From positions 1-64,000 of the IMG/VR virus record IMGVR_UViG_3300032234_000388: a DNA stretch of 64,000 nucleotides; one strand, 5' to 3'. The translations under genes and the position numbers were made by a program. Source of the DNA: a virus (lineage: Duplodnaviria > Caudoviricetes). The notes beneath the pieces were generated by a model that was given only the letters and a program-made list of their open reading frames with translations, was not told where the DNA came from and searched no databases. Shown piece after piece: positions 56,721 through 64,000 of this stretch (within the stretch, counting starts at the first letter, position 1; each line of letters opens with the position of its first letter).

Positions 56721-57566
56721 TCAACTGATTTTTTTGACTATTTCTGGTAAGAGTCTTTGAAGGGGAATACCTTGTGCAATTTCTTTAACTGTCCACTCTG
56801 TATGACAAAGTTTTAAGAACCATTCTTCTCTGTCAGGTAGTTGAGGATTATCTAAATTTTTCCAATTTGTTGACATCGGCGCTGCTAAACTTGACGAATC
56901 ACATAAAATTGGTATGCCCTGAATAGCAGCTTGTACTGCAGGCCCACTGTTATAGTTAATCACACAATGATATCCATATAGAATATTAAAATCGTCATAA
57001 GTGTTTGGTACACGTTGAGGACGTTCAAACAAAATACCCGGCATTTTAAATGGAAAGGAGGATCGAGGATGGGGTCTAACAATGATTCTTCGGTGGGTAT
57101 GTTGTTTTATTTTGGCTATAGTCTCTTCGCACCACGTTTTCATCAACGGCATACCCTCCCACTGCAGACTATCCTGGTGTTGACAGGCAATTAGTATTTC
57201 GCCTCTACGATGAGTTGGGATAGATTTTAATTTTACATCTAAAACAGATGGTCGATTATTGTCGAGTTCGGTGCTATTGCCAAATATTCCCTGATTGTTG
57301 ATATGATTCAAAGAAATGCGCCACGTTTCACCTCTTTTGAGATTGCCTACTTCGATAATGATTACAGGCTTGTTGAGATTTTTGCATTCATAATAGATTT
57401 GCTGGTTAGCTTTCATTCGGCCAGCCCACAATACTGACCAAATCACAACAACATCCTCGTTGTCTGTGACACTTTCGTGTCCAAGAGCTTGAAGTCCTCG
57501 CTCGAAGGCATCAAAAACTGGTACACTGTTTAACGCACCGTGTTCGCGATATAATCTGAAGCGCAT
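56721..57566 (-). CDS. GT-B capsule-synthesis (KpsC/S-like) paralog
   Basis: CQ...D, VRPHP, NSGPAVQAAIQGIP, W...L...EWT..EI. Confidence 0.65.
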   Translation of the reverse strand: MRFRLYREHGALNSVPVFDAFERGLQALGHESVTDNEDVVVIWSVLWAGRMKANQQIYYECKNLNKPVIIIEVGNLKRGETWRISLNHINNQGIFGNSTELDNNRPSVLDVKLKSIPTHRRGEILIACQHQDSLQWEGMPLMKTWCEETIAKIKQHTHRRIIVRPHPRSSFPFKMPGILFERPQRVPNTYDDFNILYGYHCVINYNSGPAVQAAIQGIPILCDSSSLAAPMSTNWKNLDNPQLPDREEWFLKLCHTEWTVKEIAQGIPLQRLLPEIVKKIS

Positions 57567-57593
57567 AAAGTCCTATAAATAACTGAGTATTTA

Positions 57594-57998
57594 ATGATTA
57601 TGAACAAATTCCAAAAAAGATTACGTAAACTTAATAAAAATCAGGGCAATGCCGTGGTCATAGGTACTGCTTTCGGCAATCTTGAAAATATTTTAGAAAT
57701 TTACAACACTGTGTTTGTAATTGATGAGAATTTTTCAACTGTAAAGGCGAAAAATCTGGTCTATAAAGAAAATTTCGATAATTTAAACGCAATCACAGAA
57801 GTCAACGCAATATTTTTTGATTTATCTCGGATTGATCGGTTCGAAATGGTCAAAGAGTTTTGGCAAAGAAACAATTCAAAGGTAATTATCGAAGGAGATG
57901 AACCAATTGGTCGAGAATTTTCTAAGCCTTTGTATGATACCGGGTGGGGATGTACTAGTAAACAGGGATTGTTCCATGTATGGGAAAAATTAAAATGA
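57594..57998 (+). CDS. hypothetical protein
   Basis: TATAAATA upstream. Confidence 0.65.
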   Translation: MIMNKFQKRLRKLNKNQGNAVVIGTAFGNLENILEIYNTVFVIDENFSTVKAKNLVYKENFDNLNAITEVNAIFFDLSRIDRFEMVKEFWQRNNSKVIIEGDEPIGREFSKPLYDTGWGCTSKQGLFHVWEKLK

Positions 57999-58831
57999 AA
58001 ATTGCGGTAGTCACAACATTTCACGAAAAGGGTCTACAAGAATATGGCCAAAGAATGATTGAAACATTCTGTACTAACTGGCCTGCAGAAGTAAAATTAC
58101 ACATTTATCCAGAAATGTGTAATCCTGCAATTAAAGATCACAATCATGTGACACTAAAACGGCTTGAAGAAATTCCAGAGTTAATGGCATTTAAAAATCG
58201 TTGGAAAGATGTGCCAAAAGCCAACGGAGATGTTAGTGCTGATCCTATTAGAAGTCGAAGAAAAGATTCAGGAAAAGGATTCAAGTGGCATGCTATTCGA
58301 TTCGCACACAAAGTCTATGCAATATTTGACTGTGCTCGAGAAACTGATGCAGATTTTTTAATATGGATGGATGCAGACACCATTTGCCACAGTCCTATCA
58401 CTATGCAAGATCTATATAAAATGATTCCTTCGGATTCTGAACTGTGTTATTTAGGAAGAAAAGGAAAATATTCGGAGTGCGGACTGTATGCTATGAATTT
58501 ACGTAGTGCTAATGTGCAGGCTTTCTTAAAAGAATTTCAAAGATACTATGATCAAGCAGAACAAGGAATTTTTCAATTAGCTGAATGGCATGACAGTTTT
58601 GTTTTTGATGCAGTGAGAGTAAAATTTCCACAGATGAAACAACTAGACTGGGCGGCACACCTACACGACTTGCGTCCAGCACCGGGCATGAGTTCTGGAG
58701 AAGGCCATCCATTAATTAATAGTCAATGGGGTGCTTGGCTGGATCATCTCAAAGGCGGTAGAAAGAAATTAGGTCGTAGTAAACGTGAAGACTTAAAAGT
58801 TCAAAGAACAGAAGCATATTGGCAGAGGTAA
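57995..58831 (+). CDS. GT-A glycosyltransferase-like protein
   Basis: RFAHKV, WMDAD, ECG, WHDS, DHLKG. Confidence 0.75.
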   Translation: MKIAVVTTFHEKGLQEYGQRMIETFCTNWPAEVKLHIYPEMCNPAIKDHNHVTLKRLEEIPELMAFKNRWKDVPKANGDVSADPIRSRRKDSGKGFKWHAIRFAHKVYAIFDCARETDADFLIWMDADTICHSPITMQDLYKMIPSDSELCYLGRKGKYSECGLYAMNLRSANVQAFLKEFQRYYDQAEQGIFQLAEWHDSFVFDAVRVKFPQMKQLDWAAHLHDLRPAPGMSSGEGHPLINSQWGAWLDHLKGGRKKLGRSKREDLKVQRTEAYWQR

Positions 58832-58834
58832 TCC

Positions 58835-59611
58835 ATGTATAATTTTTTGTGTGTGGGAGGCGACAAATACGGATGTCTTCAATTTACTGAAGGCAGTAAT
58901 GGAAAAATTGTCACGGTAGATGAAGCACTAGAGTCTGATACATCTATTCCGCTGTGCTGGGCTGGTTCATATAAAGAACTCTTGTATCATCATTGTCTGG
59001 AGAAAAAGAGAATATTTTATAATTTAGATACAGGATACTTTGGAAATACAAAAAGAAAAGACATTATTAGAGTAAGTATTAATGGTTTTCAAAACTGTGA
59101 TCCTATAAAACCAAGGCCTAATGATCGTTGGACCAATTTAAATATTTCAACTGTTTCTATATCAAGAGGTTCGTCAATAGTTGTGGTTCCGCCTGATCCA
59201 AAAAAAATGAAAGCATTAAGACTTGGCACAGAAGATGAGTGGGTGAGTGCGACAATATCCGACATTAAAAAGTATACCGATAGGCCGATACGTGTTAGAT
59301 ATAGACCTTTAAGCAGAAGCGATAGGATGGGGAGCGATTCATTTTTAAATTATATCAACGATACTTGGTGTGTTATTGGACATTCGTCTAACGCCCTATT
59401 AGAAGCAGCAATGGTTGATATCCCTGTTATTAGTTTAGGACATTCTTCCACTAAAAGTCTTTACACAACTTCACTGAGTGATATAGAATTAATTACCCCT
59501 GCAGATCAAGAATTAAAACAGGCCTGGTTAAATCATCTATCGTATTGTCAATTTACTAAAGATGAATTAGCATCTGGTGTGGCCTGGAATTTACTTTTAA
59601 CCGAATCGTGA
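58835..59611 (+). CDS. GT-B capsule-synthesis-like paralog
   Basis: DTGYF, YTDRPI, SSNALLEA...IP, YCQFT.DEL.SG. Confidence 0.65.
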   Translation: MYNFLCVGGDKYGCLQFTEGSNGKIVTVDEALESDTSIPLCWAGSYKELLYHHCLEKKRIFYNLDTGYFGNTKRKDIIRVSINGFQNCDPIKPRPNDRWTNLNISTVSISRGSSIVVVPPDPKKMKALRLGTEDEWVSATISDIKKYTDRPIRVRYRPLSRSDRMGSDSFLNYINDTWCVIGHSSNALLEAAMVDIPVISLGHSSTKSLYTTSLSDIELITPADQELKQAWLNHLSYCQFTKDELASGVAWNLLLTES

Positions 59612-60304
59612 TGCATACGGTCCTGGCCCAAGATACCTACCAAACTGTTTAGAATCCGCAGGCTTGTTATGCCCAGATTTTGGAGCCCATAAAAATACTC
59701 TTTTACTTTTGGTAAAAATAGTTTCATAGTTTAGATTTTGCATAAATTCGCAACAGACATCTATGTCTTGATTTACTTCAAATATAACCCACGGCTGTTG
59801 TTGTTTGATAAGTTGTTCAGCTCCTCGCAACACTTCTAGTTCCCAACCTTGAACATCAATTTTTATAAGATCAACATTAGTCAGCTGCTCATCATCTAAT
59901 CGAACCACTGGGACTGTATATGCAGATTTAACTCCTGGTCTACATAGCTTGCCGTCACCGCAGTTTTTTCCGGCCTGATGAAAATCGGCCTCACCTTGAA
60001 AGTCAGCTACTGCTTTAGTTCTAATTTCAATACCGTCTGCTACATTGGCCTGCAAACATTCAATATTTTGTTTAGATGGCTCATAACCAATAATCTTTGA
60101 AAATTTTCCAATCATAGGAAAACACCATATGCCAACGTTTGCTCCTACATCAATAAAAGTTCTTTTATTAGGTAAATGTTCTAAAATTTGTTCTCGATAT
60201 TTTCCTTCATACGAAGGAGCAGATTTATCACTGTCATTTTCTAATACTCTAGTTATTTTTTGGTCGTCGTCGGGAACATACCACCCGTTGTGCATTAATT
60301 TCAT
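59597..60304 (-). CDS. FkbM family methyltransferase
   Basis: IDVGANVG, YEP, RLDD, KIDVQGWE. Confidence 0.9.
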   Translation of the reverse strand: MKLMHNGWYVPDDDQKITRVLENDSDKSAPSYEGKYREQILEHLPNKRTFIDVGANVGIWCFPMIGKFSKIIGYEPSKQNIECLQANVADGIEIRTKAVADFQGEADFHQAGKNCGDGKLCRPGVKSAYTVPVVRLDDEQLTNVDLIKIDVQGWELEVLRGAEQLIKQQQPWVIFEVNQDIDVCCEFMQNLNYETIFTKSKRVFLWAPKSGHNKPADSKQFGRYLGPGPYASRFG

Positions 60305-61224
60305 ATATACCTTTTAAAAAACTGCCAAGCGGCGCTTGACTTTAACTCATCAAAATTCCAATGACACATTGACAATCTTTCTATCCATGTCTGCCTATCG
60401 ATCATCACTGGGTCTTCTATTCTACTTATATCAGTGTTAGCCACCGCAAAACTTTGGCTGCACTGAGGTTGGGGATCTGTAAGAAACGCAGGAATTCCTT
60501 CTATAATACTGGCCACACTAGGACTACTATTATAGACCACAGTAGCCCAGGCATTTTGTAAATCTTCTCTAAGATCAGCTTTAGTACTAAGTGATACTGA
60601 TTTGTGATTTATTTTGAGATAACCGCCAATTTTTTTATCTCCAGGGTGTGCTCTAACTACAATTGGACGCTTGCTATATTTTCTTATCTCTAAAATGGTT
60701 GAATTCATCCATTGTATTACATCTAATCCTCGCATGCTCCAACCGCCATTTCTCTGCAGGCAAATTAAAATATGATTACCTTGGGTTCTCCAAGGTTTCA
60801 ACTCTATTCCCAAATCTCTACTAATTTGTCGCCAACGATTAGGATCTATGTCCTGATCAAAATAAAATCCTGTGGTAGGAAATACTCCGTCAAAACTATA
60901 TCTTAGATAATGTAGAGGGTTTAACTTATTTGAGTACAAAAATAAACTACTATCTACTATTAAAGATCTACGTTGATTTTGTTTTTGTAATGCTACTGCA
61001 TTTTGTCGTAGTTGTAGATGCGGCGCAGACTTTCCATGCTCATGTACAAATCCTTGTATTAATGCTACATCACAGGGTAGAGCATTGAGGCCTCGATGAG
61101 CAATAGCAGAATCTCCTGCCGCAATAACGCCTTGGCAAAAATAATCTAAAATTTGAGGTTTTTCTAAGTTTCGATTATTAGGAGGAATTCCGGCATAATA
61201 GGCCACTGCAGTTAATTTAGACAT
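60301..61224 (-). CDS. GT-B capsule-synthesis-like paralog
   Basis: CLQR, VRAHP, NSSPSVASIIEGIP. Confidence 0.65.
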   Translation of the reverse strand: MSKLTAVAYYAGIPPNNRNLEKPQILDYFCQGVIAAGDSAIAHRGLNALPCDVALIQGFVHEHGKSAPHLQLRQNAVALQKQNQRRSLIVDSSLFLYSNKLNPLHYLRYSFDGVFPTTGFYFDQDIDPNRWRQISRDLGIELKPWRTQGNHILICLQRNGGWSMRGLDVIQWMNSTILEIRKYSKRPIVVRAHPGDKKIGGYLKINHKSVSLSTKADLREDLQNAWATVVYNSSPSVASIIEGIPAFLTDPQPQCSQSFAVANTDISRIEDPVMIDRQTWIERLSMCHWNFDELKSSAAWQFFKRYI

Positions 61225-62314
61225 TGTGATATTTCCTAATAATGTCTAACGCGGTACCGTCTACTAGTTCGTCATAGGTAAACTGACAGTAACTAAGCCA
61301 GGCTAACCAGTCGCCCACCGGGCCATAATACAAATCATTAATTTGTGAAAGACTATTTCTAGTGACTGAGTTGCTAACATGTTTATCGAGAGTGATTGCA
61401 GGAATTCCGGCCCATATAGATTCTACAGCACTGTTAGAATTAATACTAATAGTGCAGTAATAATCGCCGTCGATTAGAGTTTGATAAAGGCTAGTTCTAG
61501 TCTTCTTGTTAATTTTTGATCGTACTTCAACAGGTCTGTCTGTATATTTTTTTAATTCGTTTATAACCTGCTCAGTCCAAGATTTTGCATCTACGTGCAT
61601 GATACTAGCAGCAAAGGGTCCAGGCTCAACAATTAATATTTTTTTGCCATCATTGCGCCAAGGCCTTGGAAAATTTGTGAAGTTTTTTAATCTATCTGCG
61701 GGAGCCACGAAAGGTGCATTAAAGTGTAAGTGATTTCGAGTAAGTCTATGCCACTTTTTATTAGACTCAATAAAATTAGTATATCCGCTGTCTATAAACC
61801 AAAAAGGAAAATTATTATCAATTTTATTAACTATAATATTTTCATTGCCTACTGTATTTCTTAAAAGACAGTCTTCTTGAACATTATTAAAATGTTTTCG
61901 TCGTACTAACTCTCCGTTAGGATCCAAATTTAGTCCTACAGACTTAATAAATCCAACTACTTTACTTTCTTTGTAAAAATCAATTACTGTCTGTTCTCCT
62001 AACTTGTTTAAAAAATAGTTAGTGTGATCGTTAATATTTGTATAATAATTTTTTCTATACAGACTAATAACTTCGTTAACTTCTTTAACGTATGTTTCTA
62101 AATCTTTTCGAATTGCTACATGAAGTTTTTCTTTGAACTTTAATTTAAATTTGGGAATATTAAGACCGCCTTCGCGTCCTTTTTTTTCTAGTATCCAATT
62201 AATAATAGGTTCTAAGTATGTATTTTTTATCTCTACAGAACTAACTTCATTGCGCACATCTATTAGACTGGTTAGATAATTAGCTATTTCCTTATCGTTA
62301 AGTAGAAGTTTCAT
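61217..62314 (-). CDS. GT-B capsule-synthesis-like paralog
   Basis: DSGY, YTDRP, NSNSAVESIWAGIP, YCQFTYDEL. Confidence 0.65.
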   Translation of the reverse strand: MKLLLNDKEIANYLTSLIDVRNEVSSVEIKNTYLEPIINWILEKKGREGGLNIPKFKLKFKEKLHVAIRKDLETYVKEVNEVISLYRKNYYTNINDHTNYFLNKLGEQTVIDFYKESKVVGFIKSVGLNLDPNGELVRRKHFNNVQEDCLLRNTVGNENIIVNKIDNNFPFWFIDSGYTNFIESNKKWHRLTRNHLHFNAPFVAPADRLKNFTNFPRPWRNDGKKILIVEPGPFAASIMHVDAKSWTEQVINELKKYTDRPVEVRSKINKKTRTSLYQTLIDGDYYCTISINSNSAVESIWAGIPAITLDKHVSNSVTRNSLSQINDLYYGPVGDWLAWLSYCQFTYDELVDGTALDIIRKYHNV

Positions 62315-63057
62315 TGATTAAGTAATCTCCATGCAGTGCCGTTGGCTATTTCTTCACCGGTAAATTGTCCGTATGCCAAAGCAGCACAGTGCTGCGCAAC
62401 CAATGCAGAATCTGGATACCAGGGTGTAGAGATCTTTGAAAGATCGGTCAACGCCAGTGGAGACGCTGCACACGGCACAGTCACAAACGCCGGGACTCCG
62501 TAGGCAATAGATTCCATGGCAGCAATACTATTAAACGCTACGGTAGCAAATATTCCTGTATCCAATACATCGTATATACTGTTTGTGTGTCTAGCGGATC
62601 TTGACCCCTTATGCTTTATAATAACTGGCATATCTGTATATTTTTTAATTTCTGCTGTTGTTGTGTCCAACCATTGCTGCATATCGTATCCAAAATAATG
62701 GCAAGATTTAGGATTAGATACTACTAACAGAATCTTATCCCCTCCTGTTTTCCACCCAGGCCAGCGCAATCTTTTATCGCCTTTAACTAATGCTTCCCAC
62801 CTATCTGCCGGCTTTGATTGTATTATAGATTTTTGTAATTCGTTTTTAACTACTCTATGATAAATTTTTCGGCCACCGGGATTTCCTTCACTGACAAAAT
62901 TTCCAAAATACCCAGTATCCATGTAATAAAAATCTTCACCCCTGTTAATGCAAGCGTGAATATGTTTTCTACTGGTGATTCCTCTAAAAATAGGAGGGGC
63001 GTCCCCTGGTATAGTTTTACGAAAAATACCTTCCCATGAGCAATCTTCATCTTGCAT
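62311..63057 (-). CDS. GT-B capsule-synthesis-like paralog
   Basis: DTGYFG, NSIAAMESIAYGVP, YGQFTGEEI. Confidence 0.65.
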   Translation of the reverse strand: MQDEDCSWEGIFRKTIPGDAPPIFRGITSRKHIHACINRGEDFYYMDTGYFGNFVSEGNPGGRKIYHRVVKNELQKSIIQSKPADRWEALVKGDKRLRWPGWKTGGDKILLVVSNPKSCHYFGYDMQQWLDTTTAEIKKYTDMPVIIKHKGSRSARHTNSIYDVLDTGIFATVAFNSIAAMESIAYGVPAFVTVPCAASPLALTDLSKISTPWYPDSALVAQHCAALAYGQFTGEEIANGTAWRLLNQ

Positions 63058-63844
63058 TTAATAAAATCTCCATGGCTTTGCCATTGCGTAATTCACTATT
63101 ATGAAACTGTCCGTACGACAGGTGACAGCCCCATGCATATAATTTATCCGAGTCTGGATAATAGGGTTCGTTAATTTTTGATAAATCCTGTAGACTTACA
63201 GGACTAGCAGCATTTGATGGAGCTAAAGTAAATGCTGGAATTCCATGAAATATTGATTCTGTGGCTGCTACACTGTTAAATGTCACTAATGCAAACACAT
63301 CATCGTCCAGTGCTTGTTGCAGAGTATCGTGTACAGTTCTATCTATTCGTTTGGCCGCACGATCTCTTATTTCTACGGGTCGATCTGTGTATTTTTTAAT
63401 TTCGTTCACTGTGTAGTCTAACCAAATGTCAAGATCGTATCCGTAAAATCTCATAGGTTTTTCGTCGGGTTTGGCTATAAGAATTTTTCTTCCGTTTTTC
63501 TTCCAAGGCTGAAATTGTTTTTTAAAATTTTTAAATCGATCATCTTTTCTAGGAATTATTTCGCCGTGCTGTAGATCATTTTTTACAATTCGATGCCAAA
63601 ATTTCCACCCGTTAGGATTTGTTGAAGTTCTTTCATTACCAAAATAACCAGTATCTACATAATAGAAATCTCTTTGATCTTCCCAACATTTATGAATAAT
63701 TTTCTTTTTAAGTATTCCTCTCATTACAATAGGATCTGTGCTGGAGTCGTAGACAAAGTTTTCAGTGTTAGTAATTTTGCCTTTAGAGCCGGCAGCCAAC
63801 ATATTGATATACTCGTCTTGTCCGTCTTTACTTAGGAAGATCAT
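63047..63844 (-). CDS. GT-B capsule-synthesis-like paralog (start MIFLSK)
   Basis: DTGYFG, YTDRP, NSVAATESIFHGIP, YGQF. Confidence 0.65.
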   Translation of the reverse strand: MIFLSKDGQDEYINMLAAGSKGKITNTENFVYDSSTDPIVMRGILKKKIIHKCWEDQRDFYYVDTGYFGNERTSTNPNGWKFWHRIVKNDLQHGEIIPRKDDRFKNFKKQFQPWKKNGRKILIAKPDEKPMRFYGYDLDIWLDYTVNEIKKYTDRPVEIRDRAAKRIDRTVHDTLQQALDDDVFALVTFNSVAATESIFHGIPAFTLAPSNAASPVSLQDLSKINEPYYPDSDKLYAWGCHLSYGQFHNSELRNGKAMEILLNAR

Positions 63845-64000
63845 GTTGTAGACAATATTCTGTGTAGATTCGTTCACGATGCCATTCATCACCCATTGGA
63901 GTCGTGGCAAATTCATGAAAGCTAGGAGTACCTAACGTGTAGTGTAATAATTTAGCATCAAGATTAGTACCAAACTCATCAGGCAACCAATTCCATTCAA
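63828..64000 (-). CDS. GT8-like glycosyltransferase, C-terminal part
   Basis: EWNWLPDE...AKLLHYTLGTP...W. Confidence 0.7.
   Translation of the reverse strand, partial: EWNWLPDEFGTNLDAKLLHYTLGTPSFHEFATTPMGDEWHRERIYTEYCLQHDLPK

Noticed and set aside
1-64000. Alternative genetic code (TAG/TGA recoding)
   Set aside because: Known genes are full length under code 11 and end in TAA, TGA and TAG alike.

Overview
64 kb of a large (jumbo-type, T4-superfamily-like) tailed phage genome in the standard genetic code; host probably a proteobacterium (inferred from gene content). Layout: (1) 1-21 kb: auxiliary metabolic and probable virion/late genes, including a fatty-acid desaturase, a yybP-ykoY Mn riboswitch with TerC/Alx, pho-box-preceded pstS, a metallothionein-like peptide, a tail-fibre-like protein, hemA, clpP, an HNH nuclease, an R-M-like pair and ATP-dependent DNA ligase. 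(2) 21.4-36 kb: a non-coding repeat zone, tRNA-Ile2(CAU), then a co-oriented 'early/host-takeover' array of small genes with ~16 near-consensus sigma70 promoters, a shared GGAGCGA ribosome-binding motif and AAA+/vWA genes. (3) 36-49 kb: antiporter, BI-1/YccA, nucleotidyltransferase, gp41-like helicase, carbamoyltransferase, primase and a miniature DnaE. (4) 49-64 kb: a large sugar-modification locus around a UvsW-like helicase. Most striking unexplained signals: (a) a ~950-nt, three-gene island (33570-34518) with no TC or CC dinucleotide on the coding strand; (b) two 3'-UTR hairpins whose loops (ATTCGCTCC) are complementary to the GGAGCGAA motif shared by early-gene leaders; (c) systematic leaderless starts behind two promoter classes; (d) inverted clusters of C(GAA)G mini-hairpins bracketing the early region. 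All calls are by eye from motifs; no database search was run.
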